64,000 bases of DNA from Eledone cirrhosa (GCA_964016885.1 OZ024742.1:70866001-70930000), one strand, 5' to 3'. Shown: positions 1-10,735, counted from the first letter of the stretch. The notes: generated from the letters alone by a model not told the origin. Program-made: numbers and translations.

Positions 1-9
1 AATTTGTAG

Positions 10-497
10 CTGATGTGCATGGTTCTGTCTCAGCACAAGCTATCTCTGACCAGTATCAACCAGCTGATCTCCTCACTCAAGCCATGACAGAGCTGACACA
101 AACATCTCTTGATTACCAACCTTCTGGAGAATATTCAGTGAGCAGAGTTACTAACACAGCCAACACTACAGGCCATACAGCTATGGTTCACATCCAACCA
201 GCACAAATCGGCACGGTCTCTGTTGTTAGTCAGCCTACTACAACGATAGAACTCAGTCATCTTGGACAGAATCTGGTGCACACTCAACTGGCAGCTGCTG
301 CTGCTGCCGCTGCTAGTCAACAACAACAGCAAACTGTACAGACTATTGCAGCTCTTCCTGCTTCAGATACTGATCAAACACTGAACACTTCTCATCATAC
401 CATAGCTTCTTCGTTGACTCCATCTCCTGTACCTGTTAGTATGACTGGTGCAACTTTGGCTCTGGCTAGGTCTTGGAATAACTTCAACTTTAACTGA
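10..497 (+). CDS. PRDM10: Terminal coding exon (partial gene) of a PRDM10-like PR/SET zinc-finger transcription factor: Q/A/T-rich C-terminal region
   Basis: The open frame runs to TGA at 495-497. The peptide DLLTQAMTELTQ-x3-DY (motif at 66-101) matches my recollection of the post-zinc-finger motif DLLTQAMTELSQ of vertebrate PRDM10 and is followed by poly-A/poly-Q tracts. There is a possible acceptor TTTGTAG at 3-9, but the frame is also open upstream, so the 5' boundary is uncertain. The ORF-track GTG start is probably not a real start. Confidence 0.7.
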
Positions 498-834
498 GTC
501 AATCAGATATTTTCTCAGATTCTGTGACACTTTCTTCTGTCTCTCTCTGTAGAGATTCCCTATCAGCAAGTTTGCCGAGTGTCTGTATAAATATTTATCT
601 GTATGCTATTGATCTGTGACCCCTACTAATAATCTATCTGGCTGTTTTGTGGGATTGTTTTACTATCTGGATCTGTGTGTGAGTTTTTCTATTTCTCAGA
701 TATACAAACTATATCTGTCAGAGATGTATTGATGAAACCAAGAGTTTGATTGTGACTAAAATGGCTGCTTTTATTCCATCCTTTCTCCTCTCCCCAACCT
801 CTCAGTATATTTGTCAGTCTCTAACAAACACTAT

Positions 835-910
835 ATATCTTTCTCTCTCTTATCTTCTTCTTCTTCTTCTTCTTCTATCTTCCTTTTCTCTCTCTATATA
901 TCTCTTCTTT
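835..910. repeat. Pyrimidine-rich low-complexity tract with (CTT)n
   Basis: (CTT)n at about 853-875 with CT/TA dinucleotide flanks. Confidence 0.85.
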
Positions 911-1135
911 TATGCTTGTCTATTTGTCTCTTTAAGTTTTTCCTCATATACACAAATTTTCTCCCCTGTCCCCCAACACACAAACTCCCTTGACTGCCCC
1001 ATACACACACTCCCTCTTTTGTCCTCCTCACACAACACTCAAACTCCTTTCCCCATACAAACTCCCCCATCTGCTAACCCCCCCCCCCCTCCCCAGTTGT
1101 TTAGTCCTCCTTATTGTTGTTGTTTACAGCCAACC

Positions 1136-1305
1136 TGGCAGTAATATTTATAGTACTTACTAGTACAATAAGTGGCAGTAATATCTATAGTACTTACTAA
1201 TAGAATAAGTGGCAGTGATACTAATAGTACTTACTAGTAGAATAAGTGGCAGTAATATTTATAGTTCTTATTTGTACAATAAGTGGCAGTAATACTAATT
1301 GTACT
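1136..1305. repeat. 37-bp minisatellite, about 4.5 copies
   Basis: Unit GTGGCAGTAATATTTATAGTACTTACTAGTACAATAA; GTGGC recurs at 1172, 1209, 1246 and 1283. Confidence 0.9.
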
Positions 1306-1423
1306 AGTGAGTTTTATTATTATTAGCTATAAGTCTATCACAAAATGCTGCTTATCCTCATTGTGGCCCCATAGGAAGAATTCCTTATCAATAAGGTCAG
1401 AAAAGGTAAATTTCTAGACCAAA

Positions 1424-1424
1424 T

Positions 1425-1475
<51 letters not shown>

Positions 1476-1485
1476 GCCATCACCA
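1424..1485. repeat. (CAT)n microsatellite
   Basis: Direct reading. Confidence 0.95.
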
Positions 1486-1489
1486 CCAG

Positions 1490-1645
1490 TTAATTTTGTT
1501 CATCTATGTTCTGAATTCAACAAGAATTTAATTTGTCTTTCATCTCTCCAGCATATATTCAATAAGTATGAGACATGTGTTGGGGTAGATTCAATTTACT
1601 ATATCCCCCTCCCCTACAAACTTCTGGTCTTGTGTCTCTAATATT
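1490..1645 (+). mobile_element. Degenerate tRNA-type SINE copy
   Basis: TTCTGAATTCAA, TTTGTCTTTCATC, AATAAGTA and CTGGTCTTGTG are collinear with the better copy at 16719-16910. Confidence 0.55.
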
Positions 1646-1820
1646 AAGGATCTGATGAATGTCATAGAGCAATTTCTGTGCGAGCCAAGACTAAAACCGG
1701 GTTTCAATTTGTAGTTACAACTATTCACTCAGCACATATAAATGTTGGCAAAATTATGAAATGCATTATTTCCCATTCTCTCTTCCTCAAGGCTTTATGC
1801 TTACTTATATAAGAAACCGC

Positions 1821-1823
<3 letters not shown>

Positions 1824-1901
<78 letters not shown>
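1824..1901. repeat. (TA)n microsatellite
   Basis: Direct reading. Confidence 0.97.
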
Positions 1902-1903
<2 letters not shown>

Positions 1904-2239
1904 GTATGTATATACAACTAATAGCAATGCCTGATCTTGTCTGGGTTTATGGAAAGTATCAGAAAAATTCATTTGGTCATTAACTTCTTGAAAAGATGTA
2001 CCCTATTTTAAATTTCAGCTGCCTAGATGATAAACTGTGGCTTACAACTAGTTACATAAGATAAGGGTGTAGAAGTTAGTGAACAGCAAAATCGGAAGAG
2101 CATCTATCAAAATATCTTATGACAATTTAGTTATGTCCCTTATGTTCTTGAGTTTTAATTCTACTGGGATCAACTTCCTTTCCTCTTTATGGTATTAACA
2201 AAATAAGTACTGGGGTTAATTTGATTAGAAATTGATATG

Positions 2240-2451
2240 ATAATAATTTCTAACATAGATACAAGGACTAAAACTTGAGGGAAGAGAAGAACAGTGAATT
2301 ATACCAACCTCAGTGCATAACTGGTACTTTATGTTATCAACCCTAGAAGGATAAAAGTAAAAGTTGACTGCAACAGGATTTGAATTCAGAGTATAAACAG
2401 CAATAACCAAATGGCATCACAAAATTTGTCACACTAACAATTCTGCCAATC
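2240..2451 (-). mobile_element. tRNA-type SINE copy
   Basis: The reverse complement has TGGCAGAATTGTTAG (A-box-like), GAATTCAAATCC (B-box-like) and the core GGGTTGATAACATAAAGTACCAGT; same family as 4021-4232 and 16719-16910. Confidence 0.75.
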
Positions 2452-2578
2452 ACATGATATAATAATAACAGTATTAAAAGATTGATTCAAAAGAGGTAAT
2501 CATCATCATTACCCTCATCATCATCATACGTCTGTTTTCCATTCCAGCAAGGACCCCATATAATCCAAATCCATGACT

Positions 2579-2728
2579 CAGTACCAGTATTTAGCTGCAG
2601 TCAATTGATTGTTCCTGAGAAAAGCAGGAATGGTATAACATCTCTGCCATAAATCAGTACCAGTATTTATCTGTGAATTGATTATTCTTCAGAAAAGCAG
2701 GAATGATATAACAACTCTGCCATAAATC
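2579..2728. repeat. Diverged tandem duplication of about 76 bp (2 copies)
   Basis: CAGTACCAGTATTTA...GAAAAGCAGGAATG...CTCTGCCATAAATC starts at 2579 and again at 2655. Confidence 0.85.
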
Positions 2729-2734
2729 TCAGGT

Positions 2735-2875
2735 TTGATGGCAGAGTTGTTAAAACATTGAACCAAATGCCTTCAGGTATTTGTTCTATCTTTAAACACA
2801 TTGAATTCAAATCCTGCAGTAGTTGACTTTGCCTTTCATTCTTTTGAGATCATTAGATTAAAATAAAGTATCAAT
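2735..2875 (+). mobile_element. tRNA-type SINE copy (5' part and core)
   Basis: TGGCAGAGTTGTTA, GAATTCAAATCC, GTTGACTTTGCCTTTCATTC and TAAAATAAAGTA. Confidence 0.7.
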
Positions 2876-2977
2876 CCTTAGTAATTGATTGGTGGAATTG
2901 TGGGAGCAACATACTAGGTACCTTGTAGTGTTTGTTACAACATTTTATGTCCTAAGTTCAAATCTCACTGAAATCTA

Positions 2978-3300
2978 CTTAATCAGTCATCCACTTTAAC
3001 ACCACCACCACATGGCCCTTGGGTGGTAGACTAAATCAGTCACCCACTTTAACATCACCACCTGGCCTTGGGTGCTAGACTTAAATTTGTCGCCCAGTTT
3101 AACATCACCACATGGTCCTTGAGTGGTAGACTTAATCTGTTACCCAGTTAATCTGGTCATGGAGTGTCTTTAGCAGAGTCCATGCTGTTGCCCAGTTTAA
3201 CAGCATCACCTGGCCCCTGTGTGTCTTTATCAGAGTCTATTCTGTTGTCTAGTTTAACACCACCAACACCTGGCTCTTGTGTGTCTTTAGCAGAGTCCAC
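2978..3300. repeat. Compound 50-60-bp minisatellite with two related unit types
   Basis: The shared core CCCASTTTAACAYCACCACMTGG is followed first by CCTTGGGTGGTAGACT and later by GTGTGTCTTTAGCAGAGTCC. Confidence 0.8.
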
Positions 3301-3436
3301 TCCATTGCAAGTATTTGAGCCAGGTTTCCGGTTTGAGGAAACCTGCCTCCTTCCCTCCCACCAGGCTTGGAGGCCCTTAAAAGAGTCATGGACTGATTAA
3401 ACAGTAAAATAATATATTTCAGTTCACATAACTCTT

Positions 3437-3637
3437 GGAGAAGTTAGCCTAGCTCTTGGCAATAGGTGTCAGATCTGGAGAAGTTATGCCAAGTTCTTGG
3501 TAGTAGGTGTCAGATCTGGAGAAGTTAGCCTAGCTCTTGGTAGTAGGTGCCAGATCTGGAGAAGTTAGCCTAGCTCTTGGCAGTAGGTGTCAGATCTGGA
3601 GAAGTTAGCCTAGCTCTTGGTAGTAGGTGTCAGATCT
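3437..3637. repeat. 40-bp minisatellite, 5 copies
   Basis: Unit GGAGAAGTTAGCCTAGCTCTTGGTAGTAGGTGTCAGATCT. Confidence 0.93.
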
Positions 3638-4020
3638 TTTGGAAAAGTTAGGTGGTGCACTGGCAGATCATTAGAGTGTCAGATTAGATGCCTCGATAAT
3701 GGTTCCGTCTTTGTGTTTAAAGTTCAAATTCCACCAAGGTCAACTTTGCCTTTTATCCATAAATGGTGGGTTGGCGGAATTGTTGAAGGACTAGACAAGA
3801 TTCATTGCAATATCGGATCCATCTCTGTGTGTTCTGAGATAAAATCCCATTGGCTTCTATCAAGAGTTGCAACCAGTAGATAGTATTGGCAATGGAAAGA
3901 CCAATTGAAACATAGTTTTCTTCGTCCAATCTGATGCTCTGCTCCTGGACAGATTTGCAGTGATACCAATAGTGAATGTAAGCAGCAACAGTAGTAGTTG
4001 TAACAGTAGCAGCAGCAGTA

Positions 4021-4232
4021 ATAATGATTTCTAGTATAAGCACAAGGCCAGTAATTTGTGGGGAGGGGAAAGTCGATTAAATCGAACCCAGTACATAACT
4101 GGTGCTTTATTTTATCAACCCTGTAAGGATGAAAGGCAAAATTGGCGGGATTTGAATTCAGACCGTAAAGGGGCGTAACTCTATGCTGCAAAGCATGGCG
4201 TCTGACCCTCTACTGATACTACCAATCCACTG
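4021..4232 (-). mobile_element. tRNA-type SINE, near full length
   Basis: The reverse complement reads GGATTGGTAGTATCAGTAG...GAATTCAAATCCCGCC...TTTGCCTTTCATCCTTACAGGGTTGATAAAATAAAGCACCAGT...CTGGCCTTGTGC, followed by an (ATT)n-like tail. Confidence 0.85.
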
Positions 4233-4384
4233 CAGCAGTAATAATGATAATAGTGATGGGCTATCCCAAAGAATACTAGGTTTATGTTGGCCAAATCTCT
4301 CGTAGAATTAATTATACTCAGTGATAATAAATAATATTGAGGGGAAACTTCCTATCATCAGAATATTTTCCACAACATTTTAGA

Positions 4385-4596
4385 TTGATATTGATCTGGG
4401 TCTGGTCTATATTATATTGATCTAGATCTGGTCAGTATTTTATTGATCTAGTCTATATTATATTGATCTGGGTCTGGTCTATATTGATTGATTTGTATCT
4501 GGTGTATATTAGATTGATCTGGTCTATATTATATTGGTATATCTCTGGTTTATATTAGATTGATCTAGATCTGGTCTATATTTATATTGATCTGGT
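4385..4596. repeat. Degenerate 20-27-bp tandem repeat
   Basis: Recurring ATTGATCTRGRTCTGGTCTATATT. Confidence 0.8.
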
Positions 4597-5381
4597 TCAA
4601 ATGCAAAATTCTACTTGATTCAGTTCTTCTGCTTATTGAAAATGGTTATCAGATCAATTAGGAATTTTACCTGTTACATAAACTGACATCCTTTCCAGGA
4701 ATAGATCCATGTCATCTACATTATAATGTAAGTATTCAATCTAAGCCCCTTGAAGCTCAGGGAAAATTTAGATTTAAATGCTAACTTTCTAAGCCCCTTA
4801 AACCTCAAAAATATTTGATCTAAACACTAGCTTTCTAATCCTTTCAAGGAAATATTACTTCTATTACTGTTGCTCTCACAGAGGTTCTCAAAACCTGTTT
4901 TAGGATTTTTACTGATTTATATCTAGGGTATCACTGCTAGTGCTAACTCAACCACTACATTAATAACTGTCATGTTGTCTCTAAATTTGGTTAGTCACTA
5001 GCAAGTTATATTACTGATATCTAGTTTAGTACATTGTTTCTGAGTTCAGTTGTCATAGTTGTTGATTTTACCTTTTCATATGTCTGGTTATTTATGATAA
5101 AGGCCAGTAATATACTTCTATTGACTATATACAACCTCATCTTTAAACAATTGGCACCTTGTATCCAGGTAAAAAAGAGAAGAACATGTCTTGTTCTCAT
5201 GGCCATAGCTGTGTAATTTGGTAAATATGCGACATTGAGCAAAGACACTTCATTCCATTTTTCTTAAACATCATCTCTTGCTGGAAAATATATTTATTAT
5301 TAAAGGAAGTATGTTTGAAACAGAGCAAGCAAAACTTGGAATTATAATAAAAATAGAAGCTTTGCCGTAATATTTTTATTA

Positions 5382-5456
5382 AATAATTGTTTCTACTTTT
5401 GGTACAAGGCCAGCAATTACCCAGTGCATTACTGGTACTTTATTTTATCGACCCTG
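5382..5456 (-). mobile_element. 3' half of tRNA-type SINE
   Basis: The reverse complement closely matches 16637-16716 (GGGTCGATAAAATAAAGTACCAGTAAT...TTGCTGGCCTTGT.CCAAAAGTAGAAACAATTATT). Confidence 0.8.
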
Positions 5457-6569
5457 TTAGTCTAATAGTAGGGCATATAAACCCACTGAATGGGAAAAGA
5501 TGGGTGTCAGCACAGAAATATTGAAGCATTTTATTAGCTTTGAAATTCTAAGCTATTGTGTATAGCAATCAGCTGTGGCTACAATTATTTTCTGCATTTG
5601 GAATTCCTACATCTTCTAAGAATTTCATATTTATTATTGTTTATTGACAACATTATGCCAAAGTTAAATGAGGAAAAGGACAAAATATCTTGACTACAAG
5701 ATAGTATATAGTGCTGTCTGTCTGTGCATAGTATCTAATTCTATATTGCCTCACTTCTCCATACCTTAGAATACAGATACCAGGTTTGTTTTAACAGTAA
5801 TTACTCCCATAGATGATGTTATCATGTGATTTGTCTGTCAGTTGTTTAATGATACAGAAACCAGAGTTCAACATTCTCTTTGCATATTCTATACATTCAT
5901 TTCACCTAAAATTAACTTTACTGCACCATGATTGAAAATATAAGAACTCATTTCTTTGAGATATTGGTTTAGCATTTTCATTGATTTGCCTTAGTCATCC
6001 AAGCAGAACACTAAATAATAGGTTCTTTTTTAATTAATCAATTAATTTATTTATTTATTTGTTTTTTGTAAAGGAGGTCATGATAGGAAAGTGCTTGTGT
6101 TGAAAGAATAACTACATCCCCAATTACTTCTCACAGTAGAAATAATAAATAAGCAGCATGAATGATGCCACAATGTTATATTGAACTTTATTTAACCCAG
6201 GAGTCTCAAACTGGATGACTTAAAACAGCCATTACATCCTATGGAAGAGGCACAGCAAGCCAAAAGTGAGATGAAGGAGAAGGGCTGATTTTCACCAGTT
6301 ATAAACTGCAATATAGCTGATAGGCTGCTATTTCCTTTCTTTTTTTTTTCTTTTTTGTCATCAAAATAATACACATATGATAGTAAGTGGGATATGTGAA
6401 TTAGCATAAAATGTAGGGGGCAAATTTTCTGCTATAGAAAAGTAGTTTGCAGGCCATATGTTTGTGACCCTTGATTTAACGCATGCTTCCAATTAATATT
6501 GGAATCACTGAGAGCAGTATATATGGCTGTACCAATACAACACCAGATGGAAAATTATACTGTAGTGAA

Positions 6570-6753
6570 TTCAATACCATACTGCTTTAGGTTTAACTCC
6601 TACTTTAATCATTTCAATACCATACTGCTTTAAGTTCACCTCCTACTTTGATCAGTTCAATACCATACTGCTTTAGGTTCAACTCCTAACTTGATCAGTT
6701 CAATACCATATTGCTTTAGGTTCAACTCCTATTTTGATCAGTTCAATACCATA
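6570..6753. repeat. 43-bp minisatellite, about 4.3 copies
   Basis: Unit TTCAATACCATACTGCTTTAGGTTCAACTCCTACTTTGATCAG at 6570, 6613, 6656, 6699 and 6742. Confidence 0.92.
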
Positions 6754-7609
6754 TGCCTCTACACAATATTTTACTGGTGTCAAGTAAAAAAAAAAACTAA
6801 TATTCAATCTATATTTTATATGAGTTCATTGTTATATTGATAATTACAAATGTTATTTCTGATTTTATTTTCAACCTAAGAATGTTTCTAGTATTAAGTT
6901 ATTAGTCTAATCATTTCTGATGTTTTGTTACTTTACTTTATTTAGAATAACATTGGTCTTGTCACACTTAAATGTTATATCAAGCTACTACAATCTATAA
7001 ACCATGTGTAATACTTCTGTCCTCCACAACCACTTTTATATATAAATATATTCACACTTACTCACATACGTAAAACAAAACTTCATATTTGTTTTGTACA
7101 TGTACATAGAGATAAAATCACCATCATATATTTATATTAATGTGCAGGACACATTACTATTCCAATCTCTCCCTTTGTGCAGATGACCGAAACAGCTAAG
7201 ATATGTCAACCTTTATTTTCTTAAAGAGAGTGAGAACGAAACGTGTCAACCACCCCAACCCCACCCAACGTCACCTGCAAGGTGATAATTACCTTTTCTC
7301 TACCTACTCAGTATTTATAATTATCATTTTCTACTAAATCCTAGAGAAGAATGGAAGATTAAAAGATCCTTTGAATAAATAAAGTGCTATGTTCTTTATC
7401 ATTTTTAAACAGGTTGTGTTTTGAATTATCAATCTGCTGATAATATAATGGACACTGCTAAACAAGCAGTGTTCTTCAATGGAGTTGATTGTATGACTCA
7501 CTTTACACTGCCAATTCCATAATTCATTAAAATCTGGTCAAGATGCTCAGATTTGTCCAATCCAATCACACCACACATCTCAATCCTGCATAGTATCCCG
7601 GAGGTGAGC

Positions 7610-7840
7610 AGGGAAACATCCAGGGTCTGAACACTGAAACATCCAACGTCTGTACATGGAAACATGAGGTCTGTACAGGGAAATATCGACAACCTGTGCA
7701 CAGAAACATCTGCGGTTTGTACAGGTAAACATCCGAGGTCTGTATAATGAAACATCCGAGGTCTGTATAATGAAACATCCGAGGTCTGTATAGTGAAACA
7801 TCCCATGTCTGTCCAGGGAAACATCCCATGTCTGTACAGA
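7610..7840. repeat. 23-bp minisatellite, about 10 copies
   Basis: Unit GAAACATCCGAGGTCTGTATAAT; it explains the overlapping repetitive minus-strand ORFs at 7498-7895. Confidence 0.9.
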
Positions 7841-8490
7841 GCTGGTTGATGAAGGATATTGTTGGAAAGCTGACCCATGTCATGGTGTCCATCAAAGTAT
7901 ATATTACTAATCAGTTCTTACTTAACTCTCCTGCAATGTCCTGTGAAATGCGTACATTTCTTTCTAATAACATACAGTCAGAATGACCCATAACATGCAG
8001 GTATTATTGCTGTCAAGCCTTGAACCCAGGTGTTTCATGTTAAAGCAGTGGACCTGTACAATAGTAGTGATTCCACAGTAGCATGGAGATGGCTTCTGTT
8101 AAGATTATCTAAAGAAAGTTTATAAATATCACATACTTTCAATCCCTTGTGTAAATTTGTGGCTCTGTGCCTAGCGTGAGAAATCAATGATTAAATTTTT
8201 GATAAAACTACTTGTTTTGTGTTATTATTTAGTGATGATGTTGGTGTCAACTATGAAAATATCATAGACACCTTAGTGAAGATTCGAGGCTAAAAGAAAC
8301 TTTATTTTATTACCTTTGCGATCAAAAGTAGCTATTAATTGATAATCAGTTGACTTTGAAAGTAGAGGAAATAGAAATTGTGGATTAGATTCCCTATAAA
8401 CAAGAAAAAGCTACTGCTTAATGTGTGTGTGTGTCTTAACGCTGACACCACTTTAGCCACTAGTGCCATTTGTTTATTTATGCTCTACAG

Positions 8491-8615
8491 TTTAATAATA
8501 ATAATGAAATTATTGTGTACAGTGCTCAGGTGCACTACAACTCATCAAAGGTGCATGTATAGTACATAGAATAATGTACAAATGTCAGGAAAATGAACAG
8601 TGTATGAGTCATGAT
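8491..8615 (-). mobile_element. Second, diverged copy of the CR1-like LINE 3' end
   Basis: Collinear with 8616-8746 (ATTGTGTACAGTGC.CAGGTGCACTACAACTCATCAAA...AAAATGAACAGTG...GAGTCATGATA), with its own (TTA)n tail. Confidence 0.85.
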
Positions 8616-10177
8616 ATAATAATAATAACAACAATAGAATATTGTGTACAGTGCCCAGGTGCACTACAACTCATCAAAAAAGTGCATGTACAGTACATAG
8701 GGCAATGCACAAACATCAGTAAAATGAACAGTGCACGAGTCATGATACGTGTGCATGTGTATGGAAGGGGTACATCAGGTGTAGTTTTGGCGTATTTCGG
8801 GAAGGATGCAGTGTCTCGGCAGCTAACAACTGACGCAGGCAGTTTGTTCCATGCTTCAGCAACTCTGAGCATGAAAAAATGTCTACGAAAGTCATGGGAG
8901 CTGTGCTGTTTTCTGATCTTGTAGGCATGTCCACGTGTGTTAGACACATGGAGATCAAAGAGGCGCTCGGGGTTGCAATTGGCGAGATGGTTAAAAACTT
9001 TGTGGGTATTCACCAAGTCCATTGCCAGACGTCGGAGCTTCAATGAATCCATGCCCAGGGAAGCAAGGCGTCCAGAGTATGGATTGGTTGCGATGCACTG
9101 TTCAAATTCAAGCACTGCCTTCTTTGTCACTTGCTTGAGATGGTTAGAAGATTTATTCCGCTTTTTTCTGTTGGCATCTGATTTATGCAGTTTATATTCC
9201 CGTTCAGCGTTCCGACGTTCTTTCCTGGCAAGTCGGACCGCTGAAGTTTCCCAAATTGCACTTTTGGGGTGGTTATTTTTTCGCTTCCGTGGCACTGATG
9301 CTGCACACGCTATCCATATTGAGTCCAAGATGCTCTGGAGTATAGTGTTCACATCTCCAGAGTTATACATCTCATGCCAGTTTGGGCGCTGTAGCTCAGT
9401 GCAGTACAAGTTCCAATCCGCCCTCTTCCAATCAAAGCAAGCAGATTGGAGATGGCTCTGGTTTTTGTTGCTGCCCTCAAGTGTCAGATTGGCAATGATC
9501 ATAGCATGATCAGAGTCGCCTAGAGGTTCCTCAGTAGTACAACTGATAACCACTTCAGGAGTAGTGGTGAAGATCAGGTCCAAAGTGTTGTCACCTCTTG
9601 TTGGAGAGGTGACTACTTGTGACCAGTTTGAGTCCAGCACTAGTTCAAGGAAATCGTTTGCACCTTGTGGCCAACGAAAGGTTTCCCAATCGATCTCAGG
9701 ATGATTGAAGTCACCTGCAATAAACACATAAGTGGCTGTTTTCTTGGCAGCAACTCTGAGGATATCGCAAAGCTGTGTGTCCTGATGGTAGTTTGGGGGG
9801 CGATAAACAACACCAAGCAGAAGTGTTGACATGGTCATACGTATGTCACAGAAAAAAACTTCTTCCTGTGATTCGTTCAAATCAACGCAAGGAATTACCA
9901 AAAAGTTTGAACGAACGTAGACCATCACACCACCACCACGGCGGTTAATGCGGTCCTTGCGGAAAAGGTTGTACCCAGTAATGCTGAAAACCCCATCACA
10001 GAGTAAGGAATGTGCCCATGTTTCCGTGACTGTGATGAAGTCAGGGTCGATGCTTCTGACATAGGATTTGAACAGATGTATCTTGTTGCATAAACTGCGA
10101 GCATTTAAGGACAACAATTTGTACCCTGCTCGCAGTTTATGATGGTGTGTAGAGGGTGGCAGGTTGTTCTGGTTTAG
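8609..10177 (-). pseudogene. LINE ORF2 derivative: AP-like endonuclease fused in frame to the ORF2 C-terminal domain, with no reverse transcriptase
   Basis: Motifs LNARSL, VTETW, RGGGV, VYRPP, GDFNHP, PTRGDNTLDLIF and SDH are present, and there is no YADD/FADD. The join is at ATNP|YSGRL (about 9080). The frame is open back to the ORF1 stop region. Residues after DTASF look like frameshifted read-through into the 3'UTR. Confidence 0.88.
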
Positions 10178-10735
10178 TTTCCCAGAGTTGTAGCAGTTTT
10201 TACATTGCCAGTTATTGTGGGTAGATCACACTCAGACCAGCTGGTATCTCTTTTCCACGTTTCACCAGCCTTGACAAACCTCCAGATCTGCCCATCATCA
10301 CGCAGACTAAAACTTTCATCTTGTGCTGAGTTCCGATTCAAGGAAGCTTCAGCACGTAGCTTTGGACGTACATGGGGTGGTAGGCCTGGGCGTGTTCGGA
10401 AGGTAATCCGATTTTCACGCCAAGCTTTAGCAGAGGCCAGATGATATGAGGTTGCCTCTGCGGGGTCCGAAAAAGACAGCGTGATGAGTCTGGGTTTTGG
10501 ACCAGGTCGACCAAGGCGGAGAGCACCTTTTGGGGGAACACAGCCTAGGTCTTTGGCTGAGCTGGCAGCAAATGGCTGAAGATCAGCCTTGTCCTCTGGT
10601 ACCCCAATGGCAATCACTTCATGGGTAGCAGATTCCGCAGTCTTTTCAGTCTTTTCAGCAAGAGGTACAGGGAGATTCTTTAGCAAGGCATTCTGATAAG
10701 ACCCCTCATTGTGGGGTCCTACCCGAATGCTTGCC
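8616..10735 (-). mobile_element. CR1-like LINE, 5'-truncated and internally deleted (ORF1 3' part, endonuclease, ORF2 C-terminus, 3'UTR, (TTA)n tail)
   Basis: GC-richer block with two ORFs, APE endonuclease motifs and the CR1-type C-terminal motif TRGH..KI.K......R..FF..RV...WN.LP..VV. Confidence 0.9.
10174..10735 (-). CDS. LINE ORF1 (gag-like nucleic-acid-binding protein), C-terminal part
   Basis: The ORF lies directly upstream of the endonuclease ORF. Motifs SYQNAL, VIAIGVPE and RLGRPGPKPRLITLSF are typical of RRM-type ORF1 proteins, and it ends GN-stop. The first codons of the tracked ORF (10736-10788) appear to be flanking DNA. Confidence 0.75.

Noticed and set aside
746-1144. 132-aa hydrophobic/proline-rich ORF
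   Set aside because: It is a translation of CT-rich and poly-C low-complexity sequence in the probable 3'UTR.
3164-4191. Several short ORFs of 78-129 aa
   Set aside because: They overlap minisatellites, (CAG/TAG)n-like triplets and SINE copies, and show no recognisable protein motif.
7178-7230. Hammerhead or Penelope-like remnant (CAGATGACCGAAACAGC)
   Set aside because: The core is mutated, there is no stem II, and it is too short to support a call.
7498-7895. Three overlapping repetitive ORFs
   Set aside because: They are a by-product of the 23-bp minisatellite.
10693-10725. Hammerhead ribozyme (CTGATAA plus GACCCC/GGGGTC stem)
   Set aside because: The core deviates from CUGANGA and no GAAA follows the stem, so it is treated as a plain hairpin.
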